A stretch of DNA of 64,000 nt from an uncultured Acidobacteriota bacterium (GCA_963843885.1 CAWJMJ010000015.1:127822-191821), one strand, 5' to 3'; shown: positions 21,024 to 30,971, counted from the stretch's first letter. Made by a program: numbers and translations. Notes: generated from the sequence alone by a model not told the origin.

Positions 21024-23270
21024 CTACTGCGGCTCGAACACGAACACCTGCGCCGCCGAGCGGGACGAGGCGTCGATGTCGAAGCCGCGGGTCATGAGAT
21101 CGTCGGCCGACGCCTGACCGAGCACGCCGTGGTCGAGCGAGCGGATGCGGTAGGTCGCCCCGGTCCGCAGACGCGACAGCATCACGTGCACGCTCCGCCC
21201 GGCCCGCGGGCTGCGGAAGACGTAGACCGTGACCACGCCGGACACCGGGTTCACTTCCTCCAGCACGTCCCATTCGGGCCCGCCGCCCGAGACGCCCACC
21301 GGCTCGGTCAAGGTCACGGCAAAGGGCGCGCCGCGCAGTTGGCGCAGCGTCTTGTACTCCGCGATGTGCGCCGCCAGCTGGTCGGAGTCGTCCTGGCCGA
21401 GCCTGCCGAAATCCACGGTCAGGCCGAGCACGCCGGGCATGCGGCTGCGCGCCAGCAAGGGCAGATCGTCGTCGCCCGGCAGCGGCTCGTCCTCGTGCGG
21501 CAGCAGATACGAGAGCAGCGCCGAGGGCGGCAGCAGCTCGGTCAGCAACTCCAGGTGGTGGCGCACGCGCGCGGCCGGCGCAGTGCGGTCGTCCATCCAG
21601 TTGGCGTCGGTGCGGGTCAGCAGCTCGGCGTCGATGCGCCGGGCCCCGCCGGACACGTTCTCGAGCCACATCGCTGGGTACCGCTCGCGCAAGGCCGCGA
21701 GCAGCCGGTAGTAGCCCACCGTGTGCGCGAAGTTCCCGCCGTCGGCAGGATGCCCGTGGTCGGGCCGCGTGCATACCAGATGGCCGTTGAGGTCGATCTT
21801 CAGATAATCAGGGCGGGCTTCGTCGAGGAACGCGAACATGCGGTCGCGCACCCAACGCCAGGCGTCGTCGTAGCCCAGGCAGATCTGGGCCTGGTCGGCC
21901 TGGGTATTGGCACGTCCGGGCTGGTAGTCGCCGCCGCTCGTGGCCAGAAACGTCTCGAGCGCCATGCCGGCCCGGCCGACCGTGCCCATGTCGACCCGCT
22001 CGGGTTCGATCCACACGCCGAAGCGCAGCCCGCGTTCGTGCGCGTGGTCCGAGAGGGCGCCCAGGCCTCGAGGGAAGCGCTCGCGATCGAGCTGCCATGA
22101 ACCGAGGCCGGAAGTGAAGTCGAAGCGGTCGCGGGCGTCGTCCGGCGGATACCATCCGGCGTCGAGTTCGAAGAGCTCGCCGCCGATGTCGGCAAAGCCG
22201 TCCATCTGCCGCCGGATCAACGCGTCGTCGATGGCGATGCCGAAGGCGAACCAGGTGTTGTAGGTGGCAAACGCCGGGAAGGGCCGGCCGTTACGGCGTC
22301 CCGCCAGCCACGCGGTGAAGGCCTCGGCCTCGGCGCCACGGGCATCGGCGGTGATGCCGAGGAAGCCGTGCGGAAACTCGACGGGGTGGCCCGGCCCGGC
22401 GACGGCCGACATGCCGCGCAGTCCGAGTTCGAGCCGCGAGCCGGCACCGGTGCCGTCGAGCGACGCCCGCCACGCCCCCGACCAGGCGATGCCGGCAAAG
22501 ACGCGGCTCTCGCCGCCAGTCAGGCCGAACCACGGCAGGTGTTCCTGCGCCGACAGCACCGGGCTGCCGAACTCTTCGTGGTGGCCCTGATCGAGGTGGG
22601 CGGTACGACGGGTGAACGGGCCGCCCTCCTCGTCGCCGGTTTCGAGCCCGCGCTGCCACCAGGCGTCGCGCGCGCCGGCGACTTCGACGTTCATGGCGCT
22701 GAGGTCGCGCAGCGTCGTGTCCACCTCCGCGTCGACCGAGGTCCACATCTCGATCACGGGCGCGCCGGGCACGACCGCGTAGCGCCGCTCCACCATCACT
22801 CCTGGACGCGTGCGCAAGGCGAAGCCGAGCGTGAGCACGACGCGGCGATCGACCACCGCGGCTTCGGCGCCCAGGTAGCGGAAGCGTTCGTCGCCGAAGG
22901 CGCCGCGGTCGTCGTCGATCGTGAACATGGCGTCGCTGCCGCCGGGGACGAGGGCGGTGGGCAGGTCGCCGCGGGTCAAACCGCGCACTTCCAGCTGGCC
23001 CGACGCGTTCACGCCCAGGGAGTAGGTGATGGCGGCGTTGCCGATGTCCCAGCGCCGGCCGTCAGCCGATTCGCGCACGAAGGCGTCGTCGAGGCTGGCC
23101 GAGGCGTCGGCGTGGAGCCCAGGCCCCGGAGCGGTGACCAGGGCCGCCAGCACGATGACGGCAACCCGACACCGCGCCGTCTCCCATCCCCGGGATGTCC
23201 CCCGCAAATCGGTTGTCGCGGCCACTTCGTCCCCATTGTCGGACGGTTTCACGCTTGACGAATGGGACAT
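21024..23270 (-). CDS. GH36-family alpha-galactosidase-like glycoside hydrolase
   Basis: Intact 748-aa ORF. The central TIM-barrel region reads FELDAGWY...GLRFGVWIEPERV...DYLKIDLNG...WLENVSGGARRID, with the KxD and SGGGR-like motifs typical of melibiase/GH36. Confidence 0.75.
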   Translation of the reverse strand: MSHSSSVKPSDNGDEVAATTDLRGTSRGWETARCRVAVIVLAALVTAPGPGLHADASASLDDAFVRESADGRRWDIGNAAITYSLGVNASGQLEVRGLTRGDLPTALVPGGSDAMFTIDDDRGAFGDERFRYLGAEAAVVDRRVVLTLGFALRTRPGVMVERRYAVVPGAPVIEMWTSVDAEVDTTLRDLSAMNVEVAGARDAWWQRGLETGDEEGGPFTRRTAHLDQGHHEEFGSPVLSAQEHLPWFGLTGGESRVFAGIAWSGAWRASLDGTGAGSRLELGLRGMSAVAGPGHPVEFPHGFLGITADARGAEAEAFTAWLAGRRNGRPFPAFATYNTWFAFGIAIDDALIRRQMDGFADIGGELFELDAGWYPPDDARDRFDFTSGLGSWQLDRERFPRGLGALSDHAHERGLRFGVWIEPERVDMGTVGRAGMALETFLATSGGDYQPGRANTQADQAQICLGYDDAWRWVRDRMFAFLDEARPDYLKIDLNGHLVCTRPDHGHPADGGNFAHTVGYYRLLAALRERYPAMWLENVSGGARRIDAELLTRTDANWMDDRTAPAARVRHHLELLTELLPPSALLSYLLPHEDEPLPGDDDLPLLARSRMPGVLGLTVDFGRLGQDDSDQLAAHIAEYKTLRQLRGAPFAVTLTEPVGVSGGGPEWDVLEEVNPVSGVVTVYVFRSPRAGRSVHVMLSRLRTGATYRIRSLDHGVLGQASADDLMTRGFDIDASSRSAAQVFVFEPQ

Positions 23271-23314
23271 CGACCGATTTCATGCAAGCGGCACGCCCGC
23301 TGGCGGCACTCGCC

Positions 23315-24181
23315 TCAGCGCGGAATGAGCACCGTGAACGGCAGGTCGGTGAGGGTGCCCGACGAGTTGTACGTGTGCACGCTGAACGAATACCCGGCCT
23401 GACTGCAGACCGTGTTGTAGAGCGCGGACACCACGGCGATGCCCGCTTGCCCGCCCATATTGAACAACTGCTGCACCGTCGCCACGGCGCCTTTTTCCTG
23501 AAGGCCGGTATTGAACGGCAAGCTGAAGCAATACACGCCCACGGGATAGCCGGCAATGCGCTGGACCGTGGCCCCTGCCAGATTGGCGGACCGGGCATTG
23601 AAGGTCGCATTGCTGTAGACCGCCATCCAGCCCTCGCGCGGGGCATTGGCCGCAGCCGTGTCGACGTAGCTCTTGTTGGCGGCATCCGTCCCGGCGGTGG
23701 GGGCGCCGACGTCGGTGAGGCGCGCATTCACCATCGAGGCGCCGGCGGCAAATGCCGGCTTGGGCGCCGGCCGCGGGACGCCCGGCGCGACCGCGGGATT
23801 GAACACGAACACGCCGGCGTTGCCGGAACTGTCCTGCCATGGACCGCTGATGTTGGTCGTGGCGATTGAAGCGCTGATGTGGACGGGCACGCCGGTCGGC
23901 GCCAGCACCACGTTCAGCCCGAAGCCAATGGTGCCGTCGGGTTTGGGGAACGCCAGGCCCACGACCGCTGACGGCGACAGCGTGGTGCCGCACAGGTCGT
24001 CGGTGCCATCAACGGTGAAGTTGCTGCCGGTCTGCGTGATAGTCAAGGTCAGCACGTTGCAGTACGGCTGCAGTTGCCAGCGGAAGGTGCCGAGCGTCTG
24101 CGCAGACGCGGGTTCGGCGTGGGCGAAAACGACGGCGGCGGCGATGACGGCCAGGATGGAGAACGACGGACGGATGCTCAT
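23315..24181 (-). CDS. Secreted hypothetical protein carrying a phage-tail-fibre-like motif
   Basis: ORF 23315..24226 trimmed to ATG 24181 (MSIRPSFSILAVIAAAVVFAHAEPASA signal). LTDVGAPTAGTDAANKSYVD resembles the xDPxxxxDAxxKxYVD collar motif of tail fibres. I do not recognise the rest. Confidence 0.6.
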   Translation of the reverse strand: MSIRPSFSILAVIAAAVVFAHAEPASAQTLGTFRWQLQPYCNVLTLTITQTGSNFTVDGTDDLCGTTLSPSAVVGLAFPKPDGTIGFGLNVVLAPTGVPVHISASIATTNISGPWQDSSGNAGVFVFNPAVAPGVPRPAPKPAFAAGASMVNARLTDVGAPTAGTDAANKSYVDTAAANAPREGWMAVYSNATFNARSANLAGATVQRIAGYPVGVYCFSLPFNTGLQEKGAVATVQQLFNMGGQAGIAVVSALYNTVCSQAGYSFSVHTYNSSGTLTDLPFTVLIPR

Positions 24182-24297
24182 GTGCGATTCCCTTGTCGGA
24201 GACCACGGCAGGCGGCCCCCCGCCACCCACCGCTTTCATCAGCGAGGAAACCAGCACGCCCGCCTCAGGGCCGCGCCGGGCGCCGCACGCCTTGCGG

Positions 24298-24303
24298 TAT
24301 CCT
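24298..24303 (+). promoter_or_regulatory. Candidate -10 box TATCCT, 6 nt upstream of ATG 24310
   Basis: Plus strand reads TATCCT-cttgcc-ATG. Confidence 0.35.
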
Positions 24304-24309
24304 CTTGCC

Positions 24310-24537
24310 ATGCCTCTCTACGAATACCGCTGCCAGGAGTGCGATCACGGCTTCGAGCTGCTGGTGCGCGAGAGCACCACCTACGAATGCCCGTCGTGTC
24401 ACGGGCAGAAGCTCGAAAAGCAGCTCTCGGTCTTCGCCGTCGGCGCCGAGGGCCGCGGCGGACGCGCGCCGGTGGCCATGAGCGGCTGCGGTTCGTGCGG
24501 TCACCCCGGCGGCCCGGGCTCCTGCTCGGTGAACTAG
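24310..24537 (+). CDS. FmdB-family zinc-ribbon putative regulatory protein
   Basis: MPLYEYRCQECDHGFELLVRESTTYECPSCHGQKLEKQLS has the CxxC...CxxC pattern of the FmdB / CxxC_CxxC_SSSS family. Confidence 0.85.
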   Translation: MPLYEYRCQECDHGFELLVRESTTYECPSCHGQKLEKQLSVFAVGAEGRGGRAPVAMSGCGSCGHPGGPGSCSVN

Positions 24538-24541
24538 TGTC

Positions 24542-25159
24542 GTGACCATCCTGCGCCTCGTCTGGCACGTGCTGGCCGTCGTCGGCGTGATGACCGTGGC
24601 TGGCGTGGCGTGGTTTGCCAGTCAGGGCGTGAGCGCCCGGCGCGCGCCTGGCGCGATCGAGACAGCGGGCGCGCGGGCGGCGCGGCATTGGCTGGTGCCG
24701 GCTGAGGCGCGAGCGCGGGTCAGCCCCGACCCCGGGACGCCCGACACGCTCCAGGAGGGGATGGCTCACTGGGCCGACCACTGCGCCAGCTGTCATGGCA
24801 ACGACGGGAGCGGCCAGACGGCCATGGGGCAGGGGCTCTATCCCAAGGCGCCCGACATGCGGCTCCCGGCCACGCAGGCCCTGAACGACGGCGAGCTCTT
24901 CTACCTCATCGAACACGGCGTCAAGCTCACCGGCATGCCCGCCTGGGGCACCGGCACGCCCGCTGGTGAGCAGGCGTCCTGGCACCTCGTCCAGTTCATC
25001 CGCCGGCTGCCGTCGCTGAGCGACGACGAGGTCACCGCGATGGAGGATTTGAACCCGCGCGGCCGTTCCGAGTGGCAGGCACTCGAGGAGGAACGGCGCT
25101 TCCTGTCTGGTACACTCGACATCCCCGAGCCGACGCCCGGGCACGTGCACCGCCCCTGA
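24542..25159 (+). CDS. Membrane-anchored mono-haem c-type cytochrome
   Basis: GTG start with an N-terminal TM helix. A single CxxCH is present (HCASCHGNDG), with GMPAWG downstream (Met ligand region). Confidence 0.8.
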   Translation: MTILRLVWHVLAVVGVMTVAGVAWFASQGVSARRAPGAIETAGARAARHWLVPAEARARVSPDPGTPDTLQEGMAHWADHCASCHGNDGSGQTAMGQGLYPKAPDMRLPATQALNDGELFYLIEHGVKLTGMPAWGTGTPAGEQASWHLVQFIRRLPSLSDDEVTAMEDLNPRGRSEWQALEEERRFLSGTLDIPEPTPGHVHRP

Positions 25160-25172
25160 CCCTGGAGCCGCC

Positions 25173-25491
25173 ATGAACCGTCGCACCTTCGTCCTGACCC
25201 TGCCGCTCGTCGCCGTCGCGCTGCCCGCCGTCGCCCACGAGGGCCACGACCACAAGCTGCTCGGCACGCTCACGGAAGTGGCCGCCGACAAGATCGTGGT
25301 CAAGGCCACGAAAGACGGCGCGCTGTCGACCGTCAGCCGTGGTCGCCAAGACCAAGATCACCCGCGGCAAGACGACCGTCTCGGCGGCAGACCTGAAAGT
25401 CGGCGACCGGGTGGTCGTGAACATCGGCAACGGCAAGGCGCCGCTCTCGGCCAAGGCCATTCAGGTCGGCCCGGCGCCGACCGCGCGCTGA
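25173..25491 (+). pseudogene. Small secreted His-rich protein, one frameshift near 25338
   Basis: MNRRTFVLTLPLVAVALPAVAHEGHDHKLLGTLTEVAADKIVVKATKDGALSTV continues in the +1 frame as VVAKTKITRGKTTVSAADLKVGDRVVVNIGNGKAPLSAKAIQVGPAPTAR* (stop 25489-25491). Length is 3n+1. The track shows it fused to the next gene. Confidence 0.55.
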
Positions 25492-25517
25492 CCCTCGCGC
25501 CGACCGCCCGGCATCGT

Positions 25518-26408
25518 ATGGCCCTGCCCTCGTCCGTCCTCTGTCCGATTGACTTCTCGGTCCACGCCGAACGGGCGTTGCGTCACGCCGTGGCGCTGTG
25601 CGGTGCGTTCCACGCCCGGCTCACCGTCGTCACCGTCAACGACCCCATGCTGGTCGACAGCGCGGCCGCGGCCGGACACGCTGGCACCCTGCAGGGCCAG
25701 GTCGAGGCGGCCCTGCGCGAGTTGATGGCGCGCGTGCCGGCACCGCCTGGCGCGGCACCCACCCTCGACGTCGCCACCGGCCCTGCGGCCGACCAGATCC
25801 TGAAAGCCGCCGAGCGGGCGCACGCCGAACTCATCGTGATGGGCTCGCAGGGCCTCGGCGGCACGAGCAAGCTGTTCTTCGGCTCGACCGCCGAACGGGT
25901 GATGCGCACCTCCACGATGCCCGTGCTGGCCGTGCCCGAGCACTCGCCCGAGCGCATCGTCGTCGCCGATGGCGCCGCCCGGTTCGCGCCGGGTGCCATC
26001 GTCGCCGCCGTGGGCTTCGATCACCTCGACGGCGTGGTGGCCGCTACTGGGGCGGAATGGGCCGCCGCGACCGGCGCGCCGCTGGTGCTCACGCACGTGT
26101 GCCACGAGGCGCCGGCCCCGGGCTGGTGGCCGTTCCCGAGCGGGGCGCAACCGCCGACATCGCTCGACGCCGCCACCGCGAAACTGGCCGCCGTGGCGGC
26201 CGCGCTACCGGACGGCGCCGCCGTCGAGATCGACGTCCGCCGTGGCCAGGTGCCGCCAGGAGTGGCCGCGGTGACCCGCGATCGTGACGCTGGCCTGCTC
26301 GTGGTCTCGCGCGGCGGGGGCGGACATCGCCTGGGCGCCGTGGCGTATCGCATCATGTGCGAGGCGGCGCTGCCGACGCTCGTCGTCGACACGGACCCGC
26401 GTCAGTAG
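25518..26408 (+). CDS. Tandem-domain universal stress protein (UspA family)
   Basis: ATG 25518 lies inside ORF 25173..26408 (MALPSSVLCPIDFSVHAERALRHAV...). ELIVMGSQGLGGTSKLFFGSTAERVMRTSTMPVLAV is the Usp ATP-binding motif. A second, more degenerate Usp domain follows. Confidence 0.8.
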   Translation: MALPSSVLCPIDFSVHAERALRHAVALCGAFHARLTVVTVNDPMLVDSAAAAGHAGTLQGQVEAALRELMARVPAPPGAAPTLDVATGPAADQILKAAERAHAELIVMGSQGLGGTSKLFFGSTAERVMRTSTMPVLAVPEHSPERIVVADGAARFAPGAIVAAVGFDHLDGVVAATGAEWAAATGAPLVLTHVCHEAPAPGWWPFPSGAQPPTSLDAATAKLAAVAAALPDGAAVEIDVRRGQVPPGVAAVTRDRDAGLLVVSRGGGGHRLGAVAYRIMCEAALPTLVVDTDPRQ

Positions 26409-28123
26409 CCCGCCAGCAGCGCGGCCGCCGCCGTGAAACGCGGCGCGATGTCCACCGGCACCTCGCTCAGCTGGTCGAAGACCGCTTTGGTGCTCGGCCG
26501 CACCACGCCCAGCGTCTCGAGCATCGCCTTGGCCGCAGCGTAGTTGCCCTCGGCCTCGATCATCAGCAGATCGCGGGTCAAGGCGGTGACGCCCTCGCGA
26601 ATCCTGCCGGCGTCGACCGCGAAGGTGCCATCGGCGTTGACGGTGAAGGCGCCGCGGTCGAGCAGGTAGTTGAGTTGCACCGCCTGCCCGCGGCCGTGCG
26701 CCTCGGTGATGCCGAAGCGGATCGAGCGGAATGCCGAGGCCAGGAACGTGGTGTAGATGGTGCGTTCCATGGTCTTCGGCAACGTCCCTTTGTCGATCAG
26801 GAACTGCAGGGCGAACAGCCCGGCCGCATCCGCCTTGGCTTCTTCGATGGCGCTGTAGGTGTCCTTCAGCTCCTGCCGCACCGTGGTCGCGCGCCCGCCG
26901 ACGGTGATGCCGTGCGGACCCAGACCGTGCACCAGTTCGTGCATGAGGATGTGAGTGAAGAACGCGTCGAAGGCCACGTTCGGCCGGTCCGCCGGAGCCA
27001 GCGCCACCTGCGCGATGGGCAGCAGCACCTGGTCGAACTTGGCCTGCTGGTTGTTCTTCAGCATCACCCGCTTGCTGCCCTTCTCCCGGATGACCCGCTC
27101 GTCGTTGGGCAGGTTGAAGGCCGCCGTCTGCACGCCGCGGTTGGCGTCGCCGGCCGAGAACACCGTGTTCACGACGGCGATGGGCGCCAGCGCCCCGAGC
27201 GCCGGGTTGCGGTACCTGGCCTCGATCGGCAGGTTGTTCTCGATCTCCTGCAAGGCCCCGGCGAACTGCTGGAGCTTGGCCGACTCGGCCTGGTCCTTGA
27301 CGGTGATGAAGGCCTCGAACGCCGCCTTGTAGTTGAACCACTCGTCTTCGTAGACCTCGTAAGGGCCGATGGTCGGCTCGATCGAGGCGTCGAGTTCCAT
27401 CCACTTCACGTCGCTGTCGTAGTAGTCGTTCGACAGGAACGCGGCCGCGCGGGCTTCGAGATACGCCTTCAACGTGGGCTGAGTGGTGGCGGCGGCCGCC
27501 TCGCGCAGGTGGCGCGCCGCCACCGCCAGCTCGCCTTGATACTCGACGCTGTAAGGCACGGCCATCAGCCGGCCGTCGGAGCCACGACGAATGGTCGTGA
27601 AGAACCCGGTCGCGGCCTGGCGCGCCGGCCCGCTCAAGGTGGCGATCCACCGCTCGACGTCGTCCTTGGTGGCATCTGGCGGATAGAAGTTGGCCGCCGC
27701 CGGCTTGGGCGGCACGCCGGGCACGAACGGCTGGTTGTGGTCGAGGCGCGACCACGGCCCCTTGTTGACCAGGAAGTACTCGAGCCGGGCCCGGCCGAGC
27801 GGCGTGTCGTCGGCGACCAGTGCCGTCAGCAGCGCTTCGTTGCCGGCCCACACCTGGCGCAGGAAGAGCGCGTCCATCACCTGCGCGGCGCGCACCATGT
27901 GCGCCAGCGCCCGGCGTTCGCTCTCAGGCAAAGCCGCGACGTCCGCCGTCAGGTCGGTGGGCGCAAACCGGGCCGACTGCGTGTGGATGGCGGCCACGGC
28001 GGGATCGACGCGGTCGGCAGCGGCAGGGGCCGGGGCGCCGGCGTCGGCGCCGGCACCGCGACCGCAGGCGGTGATGCTCATCAGGAACGCTCCAGCACAG
28101 ACGGCTCGCAGGAATGTAGACAT
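26402..28123 (-). CDS. Zinc metallopeptidase lipoprotein, dipeptidyl-peptidase III (M49)-like
   Basis: Intact 573-aa ORF with lipobox LMSITAC. HELVHGLGPH plus the downstream EEAKAD resembles the HExxxH / EExxAx zinc sites of the M49-like family. Confidence 0.6.
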   Translation of the reverse strand: MSTFLRAVCAGAFLMSITACGRGAGADAGAPAPAAADRVDPAVAAIHTQSARFAPTDLTADVAALPESERRALAHMVRAAQVMDALFLRQVWAGNEALLTALVADDTPLGRARLEYFLVNKGPWSRLDHNQPFVPGVPPKPAAANFYPPDATKDDVERWIATLSGPARQAATGFFTTIRRGSDGRLMAVPYSVEYQGELAVAARHLREAAAATTQPTLKAYLEARAAAFLSNDYYDSDVKWMELDASIEPTIGPYEVYEDEWFNYKAAFEAFITVKDQAESAKLQQFAGALQEIENNLPIEARYRNPALGALAPIAVVNTVFSAGDANRGVQTAAFNLPNDERVIREKGSKRVMLKNNQQAKFDQVLLPIAQVALAPADRPNVAFDAFFTHILMHELVHGLGPHGITVGGRATTVRQELKDTYSAIEEAKADAAGLFALQFLIDKGTLPKTMERTIYTTFLASAFRSIRFGITEAHGRGQAVQLNYLLDRGAFTVNADGTFAVDAGRIREGVTALTRDLLMIEAEGNYAAAKAMLETLGVVRPSTKAVFDQLSEVPVDIAPRFTAAAALLAGY

Positions 28124-28154
28124 GGGCGGGGCCCCAATCCGTGAGGCGGATGGA

Positions 28155-28712
28155 CTAGTGCACGCCCGGACTGCCGAGCAGATGGGCGGGATCGGCGCCG
28201 AGCCGTTCGATGGCCCTGTTCCACATCTCCGCCGAGGCCGCGCCGAAGATCAGGTCGGCGCCGACCGGCGCCATGAGCCACGACGACTGCGCCAGTTCGG
28301 CGTCGAGTTGACCGGCGGCCCAGCCGGCATATCCGACCAGCACCTTCATGCCGTGCCCGGGCGGCGTCTGCAGCGCCGTGCGGATGGCGGAGGGCGAGGC
28401 CGAGAGGAACACGCCGTCGGCGACCTCCGTGGCGTCGGTGTCGAGCGAGGGACGCGAGGTGAGCACCCACGCCCGCATCGGCTCGACCGGCCCGCCCGTG
28501 AACAAGTGCACGTCCTCGCGGATGTCGATGGCCGGCTCGGTGTGCACCATCTCGTGCGCCGGCTTGGCCATGGGCTTGTTGACGATCAGACCGAATGCCC
28601 CGTCGGTGCCGTACTCGCAGAGCAGCACCACCGTGCGTGAGAAGTTCGGATCCGCCAGTTGCGGCATCGAGATGAGCATCATGGGCGTCATCGCCTCCTC
28701 GCCGTCGGACAT
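28155..28712 (-). CDS. YqgE/AlgH-family (UPF0301) protein
   Basis: MLISMPQLADPNFSRTVVLLCEYGTDGAFGLIVNKP...GGPV...VLVGYAGWAAGQLDAEL is the family signature. Confidence 0.85.
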   Translation of the reverse strand: MSDGEEAMTPMMLISMPQLADPNFSRTVVLLCEYGTDGAFGLIVNKPMAKPAHEMVHTEPAIDIREDVHLFTGGPVEPMRAWVLTSRPSLDTDATEVADGVFLSASPSAIRTALQTPPGHGMKVLVGYAGWAAGQLDAELAQSSWLMAPVGADLIFGAASAEMWNRAIERLGADPAHLLGSPGVH

Positions 28713-28718
28713 ACGTCC

Positions 28719-28724
28719 ATCCTA
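28719..28724 (-). promoter_or_regulatory. Candidate -10 box TAGGAT, 6 nt upstream of ATG 28712
   Basis: Minus strand reads TAGGAT-ggacgt-ATG. Confidence 0.35.
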
Positions 28725-28812
28725 CTCCAGCCGTCCCCCACCAGCTCCCGCATCGTCCCGGCGCTGGTCCCGGCCGCTCGCGCGCCGGGCCCGCGCCTCC
28801 AGGCAAAGCCGG

Positions 28813-28818
28813 TATAGT
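28813..28818 (+). promoter_or_regulatory. Candidate -10 box TATAGT, 6 nt upstream of ATG 28825
   Basis: Plus strand reads TATAGT-gcgccc-ATG. Confidence 0.4.
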
Positions 28819-28824
28819 GCGCCC

Positions 28825-30891
28825 ATGACGCTCCCCCGCTTCGTGCTCGCCGCCCTGCTGGCCACCGGCGCGGTCACGGCCGCCGCCCAGCCCGCGGCCG
28901 CGCCGCGCCGCCTGACCCTCGACGACCACACCCGCCTCGTGACGCTCGGCGATCCGCAACGGTCGCCGGACGGCGTGTGGGTGGCCTATACGGTGGCCAC
29001 GGTCGACGCCGAGAAGGACACCCGCAATACCGACCTGTGGATGGCGCGCTGGGACGGCACGGCGCAGCAGCGTCTCACCTCGTCGCCCGACAGCGAGACG
29101 TCGCCGCGCTGGAGTCCCGACGGCAAGTACCTGGCGTTCCTGTCCTCGCGCGGCAGCGACGAGGACAAGAAGAAGGGCGCGCAGCTGTGGCTGCTGCCGC
29201 GGCAGGGCGGCGAGGCGCAGAAAATCAGCGACGTGAAGGGCGGGCTGGCCGACATCCAGTGGGCTCCCGACAGCACCCGCCTGGCCTGTGTCATCAGCGA
29301 CGTCGATCCGGCCGACGAGCCGGAGAAGATGGACGGCTGGCAGCGCAAGACGGCGCCGCCGATTGTGCTCGACCGTTATCACTTCAAGGAGGACCGGACC
29401 GGTTACCTCAAGCGCTTCTATTCGCACCTCGCCCTCTTCGACCTGGCGACCAGGACCGCCACCGCCATCACCTCCGGGCAGGTGGACGACGAGAGCCCGG
29501 CGTGGTCGCCCGACGGCACACGGCTGGCCTTCATCAGCAAGCGCGCGCACGCCGACCCGGACCGCACCACCAACAGCGACGTGTGGGTGGTCGAGGCCCG
29601 GCCCGGCGCCACGCCCAGACAGATGACCAACACCCCGGAAGGCGAGAGCGGCCGGCCGGTGTGGAGTCCCGACGGTTCGCGCCTGGCGGTGCTGGTCGGC
29701 GACACCGACGCCAACTACGCCTACGACCTCAACAAGCTCGGGGTCATCGCCGCCGGGGCGCCCGGGCCGACGGCCGTCCGGCTGCTCTCGCCCACGCTCG
29801 ACCGGGCCGTGTTCGCGCCCTCGTGGTCCAGCGACGGCCGGCGGCTGTCGTTCCTGCTCGAGGACGACCGCTCGCAGTACGCCGCAAGCATGCCCGCCGA
29901 GGGCGGCACGCCCACGCGGCTCACGGGCGACGGCATGGTCGTGACGGCCATCAGTCCGGGCGCGCTGGACGCGGATCGCCACGCCGCCGTGATGAGCACC
30001 TCGAACACGCTGCCGGAGCTGTGGGCGCTGGACGGCGCCGCGCCGCGCCAGCTGACCCATCACAACGACGCCCTGCAGAGGCAGTTGCAGTTGTCGGTGG
30101 CCGAGAACGTCACCTCGACCAGTGCCGACGGCACCGAGGTGCACAGCCTCCTGATGAAGCCGGCGGGCTATGTGGCCGGACGCCCTTACCCGACCGTGCT
30201 CTACATCCACGGCGGGCCCAACGGCCAGGACGACCACGCCTTCAGCTTCACCCACCAGTGGCTGGCGGCGCGGGGCTACGCCGTGCTGTCGGTCAACTAC
30301 CGCGGCAGCGCCGGGCGCGGCGCCGCCTACCAACGCGCCATTCACGGCGACTGGGGCCACCTCGAGGTGATGGACCTGCTCGGCGCCGTCGACCAGGTGG
30401 TCAAGATGGGCGTCGCCGACCCCGCTCGCCTGGGCATCGGCGGGTGGAGCTACGGCGGCATCTCGACCAACTACACCATCGCCACCGACGCGCGCTTCAA
30501 GGCCGCGGTGAGCGGCGCTGGCAGTTCGCTGCAGCTCACGATGTACGGGCTGGACCAGTACGTCGTGCAGTACGACCAGGAGCTCGGGCCGCCGTGGAAG
30601 AATCCCGAGGCGTGGATCAAGGTGTCGTACCCCTTCTTTCACGCCGATCGCATCAAGACGCCCACGCTGTTCCTGGGTGGCGAGAAGGACTTCAACGTGC
30701 CCATTGCCGGCGGCGAGCAGATGTACCAGGCGCTGAAGAGTCTGGGCGTGGACACGCAGCTGGTCATCTACCCCGGCCAGTTCCATGGCCTCACGGTGCC
30801 CAGCTACGAGCGCGACCGGCTGCAGCGCTACGTGGACTGGTTCGACAAGTACCTGCAGCCGGCGGCGGCCACGGCGGCGCGGCGCGACTGA
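28825..30891 (+). CDS. Secreted S9-family serine peptidase (second copy, paralogous to 7236-9506)
   Basis: ORF 28348..30891 trimmed to ATG 28825 (MTLPRFVLAALLATGAVTAAAQ signal). SPDG propeller repeats are present. The catalytic domain carries GIGGWSYGG, GGEKDFNVP and YPGQFHG. Confidence 0.85.
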   Translation: MTLPRFVLAALLATGAVTAAAQPAAAPRRLTLDDHTRLVTLGDPQRSPDGVWVAYTVATVDAEKDTRNTDLWMARWDGTAQQRLTSSPDSETSPRWSPDGKYLAFLSSRGSDEDKKKGAQLWLLPRQGGEAQKISDVKGGLADIQWAPDSTRLACVISDVDPADEPEKMDGWQRKTAPPIVLDRYHFKEDRTGYLKRFYSHLALFDLATRTATAITSGQVDDESPAWSPDGTRLAFISKRAHADPDRTTNSDVWVVEARPGATPRQMTNTPEGESGRPVWSPDGSRLAVLVGDTDANYAYDLNKLGVIAAGAPGPTAVRLLSPTLDRAVFAPSWSSDGRRLSFLLEDDRSQYAASMPAEGGTPTRLTGDGMVVTAISPGALDADRHAAVMSTSNTLPELWALDGAAPRQLTHHNDALQRQLQLSVAENVTSTSADGTEVHSLLMKPAGYVAGRPYPTVLYIHGGPNGQDDHAFSFTHQWLAARGYAVLSVNYRGSAGRGAAYQRAIHGDWGHLEVMDLLGAVDQVVKMGVADPARLGIGGWSYGGISTNYTIATDARFKAAVSGAGSSLQLTMYGLDQYVVQYDQELGPPWKNPEAWIKVSYPFFHADRIKTPTLFLGGEKDFNVPIAGGEQMYQALKSLGVDTQLVIYPGQFHGLTVPSYERDRLQRYVDWFDKYLQPAAATAARRD

Positions 30892-30971
30892 ACCCGCGCG
30901 GCCCGGGCTGCCCCGGGGCGCGCGTCGTCGATCGGCGCGGCGGAGGCGGACCGTTGGCACAGCCCGCCGGG

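Noticed and set aside
25173-26408. 411-aa ORF read as a single protein
   Set aside because: A frameshift near 25338 removes the stop of a small secreted protein (true stop 25489-25491). It thereby fuses that protein to the separate Usp gene starting at 25518.
30892-30925. GC-only imperfect hairpin after the second S9 peptidase, considered as a terminator
   Set aside because: It needs bulges, and its stems are short and purely G/C. Such pairings are expected by chance at this GC content.
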